Below are positions 46,171 to 56,183 of a DNA stretch of 64,000 nucleotides, one piece after another. The first letter of the stretch is position 1. Each line of letters begins with the position of its first letter. Made by a program: the position numbers and the translations under genes. The stretch spans positions 1,151 through 65,150 of the forward strand of contig JBLNAI010000011.1 in NCBI GenBank assembly GCA_050259275.1. Direction: 5' to 3'. This DNA comes from Acidobacteriota bacterium. GTDB taxonomy: Bacteria > Pseudomonadota > Gammaproteobacteria > Burkholderiales > Burkholderiaceae_C. The notes under the pieces are model-generated. The model was not told the DNA's origin. It saw nothing but the letters and a program-made list of their open reading frames with translations, and did not search any database.

Positions 46171-47019
46171 ATGTGGATCGATTCCCACTGCCACCTCGAT
46201 GCCCCTGAATTCGATGCCGACCGCAGCGAAGTGATCGCCCGTGCGCAGGCGCAAGGTGTGGCCATCGTGGTGCCGTCGGTGGCCCCTTCGACTTTCGCCT
46301 CTACGCAGCAAGCTGCCCGTCAATGCAACGGTGCCTACGCCCTGGGCATCCATCCCTTGTTCGTGCTGCAGTTGAACGCCGATGCCTTGACGCAACTGGA
46401 TCATGCCCTGGATGCGGCCAAGGACGACGCGCGACTGGTGGCGGTCGGTGAAATCGGGCTCGATCATTTCGTGCCGGAACTGCAAGAAGACGAGGCGCGC
46501 GAAGTCCAGGAGCGGGTCTATGCCGCGCAGCTCGACATCGCTCAGTCCCACGGCTTGCCGGTGATCCTGCATGTGCGGCGCAGTGCCGATGTCCTGCTCA
46601 AGCATTTGCGGCGCATGGTGGCGGCCGGCCGGCCGATGTCTGGCGGTATCGCGCACGCCTTCAATGGCAGCGACCAGCAGGCCGGGATGTTTGTGGACCT
46701 GGGCTTCAAACTGGGCTTTGGCGGCGCGATGACCTTCGAGCGGGCGCGTCAAATCCGGCGCTTGGCTAGCACGATCCCCCCAGAGGCCATCGTCCTCGAA
46801 ACCGATGCCCCCGACATCCCGCCGCACTGGCTGTACCAAACCGCACAGGCTCGCGAGCAAGGGGCGCGCAGCCGAAACGAGCCAGGTGAATTGCCGCGCA
46901 TCGCCCAGACCCTAGCCGACTTGCGTGGCTGGACGCTGGCTCAGACCGCCGAGATCACCCAGGCCAACACCCGCGCGGCTTTACCGCGTCTGCAAGCTTG
47001 TTGGCCCGAAGCAGCCTGA
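46171..47019 (+). CDS. TatD-family metal-dependent nuclease
   Basis: DSHCHL, GIHP, VGEIGLD, HVRRS, LETDAPD. Confidence 0.93.
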   Translation: MWIDSHCHLDAPEFDADRSEVIARAQAQGVAIVVPSVAPSTFASTQQAARQCNGAYALGIHPLFVLQLNADALTQLDHALDAAKDDARLVAVGEIGLDHFVPELQEDEAREVQERVYAAQLDIAQSHGLPVILHVRRSADVLLKHLRRMVAAGRPMSGGIAHAFNGSDQQAGMFVDLGFKLGFGGAMTFERARQIRRLASTIPPEAIVLETDAPDIPPHWLYQTAQAREQGARSRNEPGELPRIAQTLADLRGWTLAQTAEITQANTRAALPRLQACWPEAA

Positions 47020-47052
47020 TAGGGCCGGATGCGGCCTGATGCGGAGCCAGCC

Positions 47053-47613
47053 TCAGGCCAGTCCGTACGATTCGAATACCGCACGCCACGCCGCCAGCTT
47101 TTTATCGAATGACCACGATGCGTTGGCCGGACTGGTCGAAGGCAGCTTCACCACCGGCAAGCCAAATTGACGGGTGATGGCCATGTGTCGGGCCGATTCG
47201 CCGCCGTTGTGGGCAATGGCTTGCAGATGGGGCGAGCGCTCGACCAGGCCCGCCAGGTCATTCAATTGCGCGTTGCGGATGTCACTGTCCAGGCTGCCTT
47301 CCCGCTCGCAGAAAGCATAGACATCCCAGATTCCCAACCCCTTGTCGCGCGCCACGGCGATCCGGTCTGCATAAGGCAACTGGTTCAGCGCGTGCGGGCC
47401 GCTCAAGCCCCAGATCGCCGAGACAATCGGCCAGAAGTGATTGCGCGGATGGGCGTAGTACTGTTGCTGCGTCAACGACGCCACGCCCGGAAAGCTGCCC
47501 AGAACCAGCAGCCGGATGCCGGGCGACCACACCGGGGCCAGGCCCGTGAGCAAAGGGGGCGCAAATTGGTCGGCAGAGGGGGAGGCTGCGGAAGAGGGGC
47601 GCGTTCTGGGCAT
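47053..47613 (-). CDS. DNA-deoxyinosine/uracil glycosylase (UDG/Mug superfamily)
   Basis: LVLGSFPGVASL..QQYYAHPRNHFW, LPSTSPANA. Confidence 0.88.
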   Translation of the reverse strand: MPRTRPSSAASPSADQFAPPLLTGLAPVWSPGIRLLVLGSFPGVASLTQQQYYAHPRNHFWPIVSAIWGLSGPHALNQLPYADRIAVARDKGLGIWDVYAFCEREGSLDSDIRNAQLNDLAGLVERSPHLQAIAHNGGESARHMAITRQFGLPVVKLPSTSPANASWSFDKKLAAWRAVFESYGLA

Positions 47614-47687
47614 GGCGTCATGATAGGGAATCGCGCGCCGACCTTCTGAAGCCGCTCGCCATTGACCCTGTGCCACACTCTGGCCCC

Positions 47688-48479
47688 GTGAAACGCAAAC
47701 CTTCTCTTCCTGACGCGACCATCTCTGAAGAGCGTGGCATTCGCTATCTGCACCTCGACACGCCGTGGATCCAGGGCGCCATGCGCATTCGCCAGCCCAC
47801 CAAGCTGGAGCTCGACTACATCCAGCGCATGATGGCCTGGATGCTGCTGCGGGATCCCGAAGCACTGGCCGAGACCCGGTGCCTGCAACTGGGCCTGGGC
47901 GCAGCGGCCATCACCAAGTACTGCCACAGCGTCTTGCGTCTGCCCACCACAGCGGTCGAAATCAATCCGGCCGTGATCGGTGTGTGTCGCGCCTGGTTTC
48001 ATTTGCCGGAAGACGACGAGCGTCTGACCGTCTTGAAGGCGGACGCGGCCAAATACGTGGCGGACGATCGCCATGTCGCCAGCGCGGACGCCCTGTGCGT
48101 GGACCTGTACGACCACGAAGCGGCCAGCCCGGTGCTGGATGATGAAGACTTCTACCGCGCCTGCTGGCAGGTGCTCGACGATGGCGGCATCATGACGGTC
48201 AACCTATTCGGCCGCGAAGCCAGCTTTGCGCGCAGCACGGACCGCATCCGCGCCGCCTTTGGCGACAACCGGGTGGCCATGCTCAAGCCCACCACCGAAG
48301 GCAACACCATCGTCCTGGCCTGGAAGGGCTTTGACCTGCCAGAGCGAGAAGTGTTGGCGGAACGCGCCGAAACTCTGCAGACCAAATGGTCTTTGCCTGC
48401 GCGAAAATGGGTCAAGCTCCTGTCCACCTTCACCCCCAAGACGGCACGTTCGTCTTCCCCATCCTCCGCCCAGACCTGA
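47688..48479 (+). CDS. Spermidine synthase-like SAM-dependent methyltransferase
   Basis: RYLHLDTPWIQGAM, QLGLGAAAITK, VEINPAV, VDLYDH. Confidence 0.82.
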   Translation: MKRKPSLPDATISEERGIRYLHLDTPWIQGAMRIRQPTKLELDYIQRMMAWMLLRDPEALAETRCLQLGLGAAAITKYCHSVLRLPTTAVEINPAVIGVCRAWFHLPEDDERLTVLKADAAKYVADDRHVASADALCVDLYDHEAASPVLDDEDFYRACWQVLDDGGIMTVNLFGREASFARSTDRIRAAFGDNRVAMLKPTTEGNTIVLAWKGFDLPEREVLAERAETLQTKWSLPARKWVKLLSTFTPKTARSSSPSSAQT

Positions 48480-48480
48480 G

Positions 48481-50271
48481 ATGACCGCTGCCGCCCACCC
48501 CAAACGTCGCGCCAAAACTCATCAGGGGCCGCTGGATTGGGTCATGCTGGTGGCCTGGCTGACCGAGGACGGTGTGTTGACCGAGCGCGACGCCGAGCTG
48601 GTCAAGCAGCGCTTTGCTGCCGGCACCAGCTCCCAGCACCCCCTGGTGCGCCTGGCCGGACTGGGTCTGAAGCGGGCCGACACCGGCACCGTGCTCGAAT
48701 TGGAGCCCTTGACCGAATGGTTGGCCGGGCACCTGGGCCTGCCTTATCTGCGCATTGATCCGCTCAAGGTGGACGTCGGCCGGGTCGCCGAGGTCATGTC
48801 CATCAACTATGCGGAGCGCCGTTCTGCTTTGCCGGTGCAGGTCGGTCTGACCGACCTGACCATCGCCACCTGTGAGCCCCTGGATGTCGCCTGGATCGAT
48901 GAGATCCTGTCCCACACCAAAAAGAAGATCCGTCTGGTGGTCTCCAGTCCGCTGGACCTGCAGCGCTATCGCACCGAGTTCTATACCCTGGCTCGGTCGG
49001 TCAAGGATGCCAGCAAGAAGACGGGCGACGCCGTTGCGCACAACTTCGAACAGCTTGTCGAGCTGGGCAAGTCGAACCGCCAACTGGATGCCAACGACCA
49101 GGGCATCATCCAGGTCGTCGACTGGCTGTGGCAATACGCCTTTGATCAACGCGCTTCGGACATCCACCTGGAGCCGCGTCGCGAGATGGGCGCGATCCGC
49201 TTTCGCATCGACGGCGTGTTGCACACGGTCTACCAGGTTCCGCTGGCTGTGATGCAGGCCATGACCGCCCGCATCAAACTGCTGGGCCGCATGGATGTGG
49301 TCGAAAAACGCAGGCCGCTCGACGGGCGCATCAAGACCCGCAACCCCAGTGGCGACGAGGTCGAAATGCGTTTGTCGACCATGCCCACGGCCTTTGGCGA
49401 AAAGCTGGTCATGCGGATCTTCGACCCTGACAACACGGTCAAGTCCTTCGATGCCCTGGGCTTTGCCCCCAGCGAGATCCAGATCTGGGAGCAGCTCGTG
49501 GCACGCCCGCACGGCATCATTTTGGTGACGGGCCCCACCGGATCGGGCAAGACCACCACGCTGTACTCCACGCTCAAGCGCGTGGCCACCGATGAGGTCA
49601 ATGTCTGCACGATCGAAGACCCGATCGAAATGATCGAGGCCTCGTTCAATCAGACGCAGGTGCAATCGGCCATCGACCTGGGGTTTGCCGAAGGCCTGCG
49701 GGCCCTCATGCGGCAGGACCCCGACATCATCATGGTGGGCGAAATCCGCGACCTCGAAACCGCCGAGATGTCCATCCAGGCCTCGTTGACGGGCCACCTG
49801 GTGTTCTCGACCTTGCACACCAATGACGCGGCGTCGGCCATCACCCGCCTGACCGATCTGGGGGTGCCGCCGTATCTGATCAGCGCCACCGTGATCGGCG
49901 TGCTGGCGCAACGTCTGGTGCGCACCTTGTGTCCGGCCTGCAAGCAGCCCGATGACGAACTCAAGCAGGAAACCCTGGCCGAAGCCATTCGTCCGTGGCG
50001 CATGAACGGCAAGATCCAGCCTTACAAGCCAGTGGGCTGCCTGGACTGCCGCATGACCGGCTTCAAAGGCCGGGTGGGCCTGTATGAACTGCTGCCTGTC
50101 TCAGAAGGGGTGCGGGGCGCCATGCATCCGGCCATCGACATGCATGCGCTGCGCAAGACGGCCGCCAAGGAAGGGCTGCGCCCCTTGCGTTTGTCGGGCG
50201 TGATGAAAGTAGCCGAAGGCTTGACCACCCTGGAAGAGGTGCTGCGCAACACGCCTCAGTGGGAAACCTGA
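48481..50271 (+). CDS. GspE/PulE/PilB-family secretion ATPase
   Basis: RASDIHLEP, VTGPTGSGKTTTLY, TIEDPIE, RQDPDIIMVGEIRD, STLHTN, tetra-Cys motif. Confidence 0.95.
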   Translation: MTAAAHPKRRAKTHQGPLDWVMLVAWLTEDGVLTERDAELVKQRFAAGTSSQHPLVRLAGLGLKRADTGTVLELEPLTEWLAGHLGLPYLRIDPLKVDVGRVAEVMSINYAERRSALPVQVGLTDLTIATCEPLDVAWIDEILSHTKKKIRLVVSSPLDLQRYRTEFYTLARSVKDASKKTGDAVAHNFEQLVELGKSNRQLDANDQGIIQVVDWLWQYAFDQRASDIHLEPRREMGAIRFRIDGVLHTVYQVPLAVMQAMTARIKLLGRMDVVEKRRPLDGRIKTRNPSGDEVEMRLSTMPTAFGEKLVMRIFDPDNTVKSFDALGFAPSEIQIWEQLVARPHGIILVTGPTGSGKTTTLYSTLKRVATDEVNVCTIEDPIEMIEASFNQTQVQSAIDLGFAEGLRALMRQDPDIIMVGEIRDLETAEMSIQASLTGHLVFSTLHTNDAASAITRLTDLGVPPYLISATVIGVLAQRLVRTLCPACKQPDDELKQETLAEAIRPWRMNGKIQPYKPVGCLDCRMTGFKGRVGLYELLPVSEGVRGAMHPAIDMHALRKTAAKEGLRPLRLSGVMKVAEGLTTLEEVLRNTPQWET

Positions 50272-52592
50272 GAATCTGCAGGCAACCCGGCCGAGGCCGA
50301 GAACGGATCCAGGACCACTTCGCAGCAGATGCCGCGGGGCTCGACCTGAGACCAGCGCACCGTGCCGCCCAATTGCTTGACACGCTTGCGCACCCCGCCC
50401 AGGCCCAGACCGTGCGACCACGAGCCGGGGTCTGACCCCAGGCCGTTGTCGGTCACCGTCAAGGTCAGCCGGTCTTTCTCCAGGATCAGGCTGACTTGCA
50501 CCTTGTTGGCCTTGGCATGGCTGATGGTGTTGTTGACCAGTTCTCGCAGAATGCGGGTCAGACCCGACCACTGGACCATGTTCAGCACCACGTCGACGTC
50601 GGCCCGCATCTGCCAGTCCAACTCGCACCGGGCAATGCCCAGGCGCTGGCTGAGATCGCGCTTCCATTCGCCGGCGGCCTCGGTCAGGGCGTGGGACTGT
50701 GCCGCCAGCCCGCGCGTCAAGGTCTTGAGATCCTGCAGCGTATGGCGGATGTACTCCTCCATGTCGGCGCTGGGGGCCTGATACATCAGGGTCAGCAATC
50801 GCGCGCCAATGTCATCATGCAGATCCTGCGCAATGCGCAAGCGCTCTTCGCTGCGGCCTTGCTCGACGGCCTTGTCAAAGTTCAGGGCCCGATGCAACTG
50901 CTCCACGATCCGGTCGGTCAGGCGGGCGTCCTCGCCCGTGAACAGTCGTTGCCCTTTCTTGGCGTGCTTGAGAACCAGCACGTGGGCGGGCAGGGCATGC
51001 GGCGAATCTGACTGCGGCAAAGGCACCAGCAGCACCGAGCCGTTGCCCCTGAGGGCGGCCGAAGGCACCGAGCCCTGCACCAGCGAGATGTCCAGCGGGT
51101 CGAACAGCTCTCGCATCAACTGCATCAGCAGGCCATCCAGCGCGTCGGGCTGGCGCTCGACCTCGCGTGCGATCCGGTACAGGCGCTGGAACAGGCGCTC
51201 CATCGTCAAGGGGTCGCGGCCGGGCAGGTGCGCCATCAGCCAGCGGCGGATGGACAGGTAGACGCCGAACGACAGGAACAAGGACAGCGTCATGGACGTG
51301 AACTGGCCCAGCGAGAAGATCGCCACAAACAGCAGATCCAGTGACGCCGCGATCGTGCTCGATGCAGCCAGCAGCGAGAACTCCTGCAAGATCAGTTTGG
51401 AGCGGGACAGGTAGGGCGACAGCAACAACTGCGAGGCCGCGAACACCTGCCACGTCATCACGCCAAACGTGGCCAGATTCAATTGCATGTCGGCCCGACG
51501 GATGCCCATCGCGATGGCCACGCTCAGCATGACCCAGGTCATCAAGGTGATCAGCGTGAAGCGCCGCATCACCAAGGTGAAAGGGTGTGGCGAGGCACGC
51601 GCGGCCACCGTCATCAAGACCATGGACGCCAGGCCCAGCAACATGCAGCCCGATTGAAGCCACCACCAGCTCCATTGCTCGTCCACATAGGCCAGGCCGA
51701 TCAACAGGCCCACCAGCGTCAGCCCGGTCAGACCGATGTACAGCGGCCCATGTTTCACCCGGCGCGGGTGCAGGGCCGCCACCGTCACGATGGTTGCGGC
51801 AATCACCAGGTCACAGACCGCGCGCGTGTAGCCATCCCAGATCAGGAAGGTCTGCGGCACGAACACGTCCATGCTGGTCGACACGGCAATCAGCGCCAGC
51901 TCGATGCTGTGGCACAGCGCCATCACCGCAAAAGCCACATTGCGCCATTGAGGGCCCGCCAGCAAGACCACGGCCCCCACGGCGTAGACCATCAAAGACA
52001 GCAGGCTGAGGATCCAGAACAGTGGACTGAGCCCCATCAGCCCTCGGGGGGCAATCAGCACGCTTTCCTTGGGCCCATTGCGAAAGACCAGATCGACGGT
52101 GATGGCCTGCCCGGTGGACCAGTCCTGCTGCAGCTGAGCCAGTGCGCCGTGCTCATGCAGGAAGCGGCGCCGGGCCTCGGCGTCACTGATCCACCGCGCG
52201 GATCGCTGCAGCAGCAGCAATTCAATGGGGGCCACTCGCATCGGCTGGGTCGATGGTTCGGCACCGGGCGACCGCCACTCGATGCCGATCAGAATGCGGC
52301 CTTCCAGGCGTTGCAAAGTCGGGTAGTCCACGGCATGGACCCGCACTTGACCGTCAGGCGTCCCCCGCAGCGTCATCGGCAATTTAGGCTGACCGATCAG
52401 CCAATGGGCCGCCATGAACACCGTGGCGCAACCCAGCAGCACCCATGCCACCAGCAATTTGAGGCGCCAGCCGATCCAGCGCGGCAGCTCATTGGGGCCC
52501 TGCAAGACCGCCTCCAGCGTCGGCCACGCCGCCACGCCAGAGAAGGGGCTGGCGCTTGCAGGTGAAGCGGAGTGGGACACCGGGTCCGGCAA
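50256..52592 (-). CDS. Multi-TM sensor histidine kinase (HisKA_3 type)
   Basis: RIAQDLHDDIGARL, ELVNNTISHA, DNGLG, GLGLGG; many TM segments. Confidence 0.88.
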   Translation of the reverse strand: MPDPVSHSASPASASPFSGVAAWPTLEAVLQGPNELPRWIGWRLKLLVAWVLLGCATVFMAAHWLIGQPKLPMTLRGTPDGQVRVHAVDYPTLQRLEGRILIGIEWRSPGAEPSTQPMRVAPIELLLLQRSARWISDAEARRRFLHEHGALAQLQQDWSTGQAITVDLVFRNGPKESVLIAPRGLMGLSPLFWILSLLSLMVYAVGAVVLLAGPQWRNVAFAVMALCHSIELALIAVSTSMDVFVPQTFLIWDGYTRAVCDLVIAATIVTVAALHPRRVKHGPLYIGLTGLTLVGLLIGLAYVDEQWSWWWLQSGCMLLGLASMVLMTVAARASPHPFTLVMRRFTLITLMTWVMLSVAIAMGIRRADMQLNLATFGVMTWQVFAASQLLLSPYLSRSKLILQEFSLLAASSTIAASLDLLFVAIFSLGQFTSMTLSLFLSFGVYLSIRRWLMAHLPGRDPLTMERLFQRLYRIAREVERQPDALDGLLMQLMRELFDPLDISLVQGSVPSAALRGNGSVLLVPLPQSDSPHALPAHVLVLKHAKKGQRLFTGEDARLTDRIVEQLHRALNFDKAVEQGRSEERLRIAQDLHDDIGARLLTLMYQAPSADMEEYIRHTLQDLKTLTRGLAAQSHALTEAAGEWKRDLSQRLGIARCELDWQMRADVDVVLNMVQWSGLTRILRELVNNTISHAKANKVQVSLILEKDRLTLTVTDNGLGSDPGSWSHGLGLGGVRKRVKQLGGTVRWSQVEPRGICCEVVLDPFSASAGLPADSQVSH

Positions 52593-52594
52593 GG

Positions 52595-53350
52595 TCAGAC
52601 CAGGCCTTGCTTGCTGGCCAGAACGGCCGCTTCAGCACGGCTGGAGACGTTCAACTTCTTGTAGATGGACTTGATGTGGTCGTTGACCGTGAACCACTTG
52701 ATGCCCATGAGCGCAGCGATTTCCTTGATCGTGAAGCCCTTGCTCAGATAGGTCAGCACTTCGCTCTCGCGTGGGGTCAGTCGTTCATGGTCCAGCGGCG
52801 TCGACAAGGGCGCCGGCGCGGTGGTTGGAGAGACCGCGTGCCCATTGCCATTGAGATGCGAGGCGTTCTGCGATGACCCGTTGCCGAAGCTGGCGCCGTC
52901 GCCCGTACGGAAGTGCGTCAGCAAGCGACGCGCAATGGCGGGAGACAAAGGCGGCTGACCGCGCACGATCTTTTGCAGCTCTTCGACCAGCACTTCAAAC
53001 CGGTCCTCCTTGAGCAGATAGCCATCGGCGCCGCATTGCAGGGCCGGGAACAGATGCTCGTCGTCTGAATACAAGGTGGTGACGATGCGCGTGGCGGGGT
53101 AGGTCGCCAGCTCCTTCAGCAACTCCATGCCGCTGCCATCGGGCAGTTCCAGATCGACCAGAATGAGTTGGAACGGGTCGGTCCCGGCGGGCGCGGACCC
53201 ACCCGACGCATGACCCAGCAAACGACGTGCAGCCTCCAGATCGCCCGCTTCGGTGATGCTGCTCACATCACTGAAGCTCTCGCGCACCACGCGGCTGAGA
53301 AAGCCGCGGGCAACTGGGTTGTCTTCAAGAATCAGAACCTTGACAGCCAT
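52595..53350 (-). CDS. NarL/LuxR-family response regulator
   Basis: VLILEDN, VDLELPDGSG, GADGYLLK; HTH LTPRESEVL..TVNDHIKSIYKKL. Confidence 0.95.
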   Translation of the reverse strand: MAVKVLILEDNPVARGFLSRVVRESFSDVSSITEAGDLEAARRLLGHASGGSAPAGTDPFQLILVDLELPDGSGMELLKELATYPATRIVTTLYSDDEHLFPALQCGADGYLLKEDRFEVLVEELQKIVRGQPPLSPAIARRLLTHFRTGDGASFGNGSSQNASHLNGNGHAVSPTTAPAPLSTPLDHERLTPRESEVLTYLSKGFTIKEIAALMGIKWFTVNDHIKSIYKKLNVSSRAEAAVLASKQGLV

Positions 53351-53576
53351 GAAGCTCCTCCCGAAGTAGCTGTCTTGTGCCACCTGGGTTGATTATTTCC
53401 CCTTCGGACAACTGGGGCACACGGTTCATCCATTTGGATGAGGCATCGCGCCATTATCGGTGGCGAATGAGGGCGCCGTCACGTTTCGCACCCCCCTTGG
53501 TCTGGCGGTGAGGAGACACCTGAAGGGCTTACCCTAATTTCACTGGACGGTCGCCGTTGACTTCTACAATGCACCC

Positions 53577-54326
53577 ATGCGTATTCTCATTGCCAACGAC
53601 GACGGTTACCTGGCACCGGGCCTGGCTGCCCTGGTGAAAGCGTGTGAGGGCCTGGGCACCCTGGATGTGTTCGCGCCCGAGCGCAATGCCAGCGGCACCT
53701 CCAACTCATTGACCTTGCATCAGCCTTTGACCGTGCACACGGCGGCCAACGGGTTTCACTTCGTGACCGGCACGCCTTCGGACTGCGTCCATCTGGCTTT
53801 GACCTCCGGCCTCATCCCCAAGCCGGATCTGGTCCTGTCCGGCATCAACAACGGGGCGAACATGGGTGACGACACCCTGTACTCGGGCACCGTGGCGGCG
53901 GCCACCGAGGGCTATCTGTTCGGTATCCCCGCGATCGCCTTTTCGCTGACCGACAAAGGCTGGTCGCACCTGGATGCGGCTGCTCGGGTCGCCCGCCGCG
54001 TGATCGAGGCGGTGCTGAGCCGTCCCCCTGCAACCGGCCCCTGGCTGTTGAATGTGAACATTCCCGCGACAGAGCAGGCAGACCAGGCGCCCTGGCATGT
54101 GACCCGGCTGGGTCGGCGCCACGCCAGTCGCCCTGCGATCGCCCAGACCAATCCCCGTGGTGACACGATTTACTGGATCGGGCCGGCCGGCGAGGCCAGA
54201 GACGAGGGGGATGGCACCGATTTTCAGATCACCCGCGACGGCGGCGTCTCCATCACGCCCTTGCAGGTTGATATGACCGATCATGGCAGCATGCCGACCT
54301 GGCATGGCTGGTTGGGCGTCCAATGA
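53577..54326 (+). CDS. surE: 5'/3'-nucleotidase SurE
   Basis: [28 protein letters not shown]. Confidence 0.97.
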   Translation: MRILIANDDGYLAPGLAALVKACEGLGTLDVFAPERNASGTSNSLTLHQPLTVHTAANGFHFVTGTPSDCVHLALTSGLIPKPDLVLSGINNGANMGDDTLYSGTVAAATEGYLFGIPAIAFSLTDKGWSHLDAAARVARRVIEAVLSRPPATGPWLLNVNIPATEQADQAPWHVTRLGRRHASRPAIAQTNPRGDTIYWIGPAGEARDEGDGTDFQITRDGGVSITPLQVDMTDHGSMPTWHGWLGVQ

Positions 54327-55216
54327 GCCAGGGCCGATCTGACGGCAAACCGGCTCGCCGTTTTCCGCTTGCGCTGGACAAGGTATCCAGCCCATCGGTC
54401 GGTGGCGCCCGCGCTCGTCCGGCGCCGCTGCCTCACGCACCCCAGCGCGAGTTGCTGCGTCCGCAAGCCCATCTGCATCAGGTGGAGCAAGACCGCCGTC
54501 GCCAAACCGTCCCGCAGGGTGTGGGGCTGGACTCGGTGCCCGTGCGGCTGCGCATGGTCGAGCGGCTGCGCGCCGACGGGATCACCCACACCGGGGTCCT
54601 GGAGGCCTTTGCGCGTCTGCCCCGGCATTTATTTGTCGACACGGCACTGGTCAATCAGGCCTACGAGGACACGAGCTTGCCCATCGGCCTGGGGCAGACC
54701 ATCTCCAAGCCCTCTGTGGTCGGCACCATGATCCAGCTGCTGTGTGCCCGACCGGGCCTGACCATGCCGCATCTGGATCCCGCGCGCCCGCTGGGCGCCT
54801 GTCTGGAAGTCGGAACGGGTTGCGGCTACCAGGCCGCTCTGCTGAGCTTGCTGGCGCGTCACGTGATCTCGATCGAACGGTTGCGGGACCTGCACCTCAA
54901 GGCCCGGACCAATCTTGACCAGATTCGTCAGCATATGCCCACCTGGCCCGATGTGCGACTGGTCTACGGTGATGGCATGATCGGCCATTCTCCTCAGGCG
55001 CCCTATGACACGATCATCGCGGCAGCCGGCGGTTCGGCGCTGCCCCAAGCCTGGCTGGATCAATTGGCGCCAGGCGGGCGTTTGATCGCACCGACGGAAG
55101 ACAGTCGCGGTCAGGGACAGGTCCTGACGGTGGTCGATCGTCTGCCAGATGGCAGTTTGCAGCACACCCGGGCCGGAGCAGTTCTGTTCGTGCCTCTAAA
55201 ATCCGGCATCACTTGA
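54323..55216 (+). CDS. pcm: Protein-L-isoaspartate O-methyltransferase
   Basis: [40 protein letters not shown]. Confidence 0.95.
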   Translation: MSQGRSDGKPARRFPLALDKVSSPSVGGARARPAPLPHAPQRELLRPQAHLHQVEQDRRRQTVPQGVGLDSVPVRLRMVERLRADGITHTGVLEAFARLPRHLFVDTALVNQAYEDTSLPIGLGQTISKPSVVGTMIQLLCARPGLTMPHLDPARPLGACLEVGTGCGYQAALLSLLARHVISIERLRDLHLKARTNLDQIRQHMPTWPDVRLVYGDGMIGHSPQAPYDTIIAAAGGSALPQAWLDQLAPGGRLIAPTEDSRGQGQVLTVVDRLPDGSLQHTRAGAVLFVPLKSGIT

Positions 55217-55226
55217 TGTGGCGCTC

Positions 55227-56153
55227 ATGCAAATGAATTCCTTTTTTCGTCTGACTGCCTCTGCAGCTGTGTTGTCCCTGGTGGCGGGTTGTGCCACGCA
55301 GCACCATCGCGCACCCGTCGAGGACCGCGGCCGCCCCAGCGCGTCTGCGGGCACCAACGCCAATGCGGTGCCGGCGCCCAAGCCGCCTCCTGGCATCGAA
55401 AACGCCGGCAAGCCGGGGTACTACACGGTGGTCAAAGGTGACACGCTGATCCGCATCGCGCTCGAATCGGGGCAGAACCACAAAGACATCGCCGCGTGGA
55501 ACAACATCGACAACCCCAACCTGATCGAGGTGGGGCAAGTGTTGCGTGTGGTACCGCCTGCGGTTGACGCCGGCACGGTGCTGCCTGCGGCCAAGCCCAT
55601 CACCGCGCCCAAGGTCGAGGCCAAGGGCCTGGACACCAAGTCGGGCACACCGGCCTCGGCAGCCAGCGGCGCCACCAAGGCGGTCGCAGCCTCGGGCGCG
55701 TCAGGGGCTGTACAAACGCCGGCCAGTGGCGCGGCGTCCAGCGCCAGCTCGGCCGCGTCTACCGAATCGGTTCGCGAAGCTTCTGACGAGCCCGCCTGGA
55801 TCTGGCCATCCAACGGCCCGGTCGTCGGCGCCTTTGAAGAGGGCAAGCGCAAGGGCGTCGCCATTGGCGGCAAGGACGGGGACCCCGTTGTCGCCGCAGC
55901 CGATGGGCGCGTGGTGTATGCCGGCTCGGGCCTGCGCGGCTACGGCAATCTGGTCATCATCAAGCACAGTGGCGATTACCTGACGGCTTATGCGCACAAC
56001 AAGACGCTGCTGGTCAAGGAGGACCAGGTGGTGCGCAAGGGCCAGAAGATCGCCGAGATGGGATCCACCGACACGGACAAGGTGCAGCTGCACTTCGAGA
56101 TCCGCAAGCAGGGCAAGCCCATCGACCCCTCAAAACAGCTGCCGGCGCGTTGA
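55227..56153 (+). CDS. nlpD: LysM/M23 lipoprotein NlpD
   Basis: Lipobox VAGC, LysM YTVVKGDTL, M23 GYGNLVIIKH..LHFEIR. Confidence 0.93.
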   Translation: MQMNSFFRLTASAAVLSLVAGCATQHHRAPVEDRGRPSASAGTNANAVPAPKPPPGIENAGKPGYYTVVKGDTLIRIALESGQNHKDIAAWNNIDNPNLIEVGQVLRVVPPAVDAGTVLPAAKPITAPKVEAKGLDTKSGTPASAASGATKAVAASGASGAVQTPASGAASSASSAASTESVREASDEPAWIWPSNGPVVGAFEEGKRKGVAIGGKDGDPVVAAADGRVVYAGSGLRGYGNLVIIKHSGDYLTAYAHNKTLLVKEDQVVRKGQKIAEMGSTDTDKVQLHFEIRKQGKPIDPSKQLPAR

Positions 56154-56183
56154 ACTGGGCTCAGTCCCTGAGACAATTCAGGG

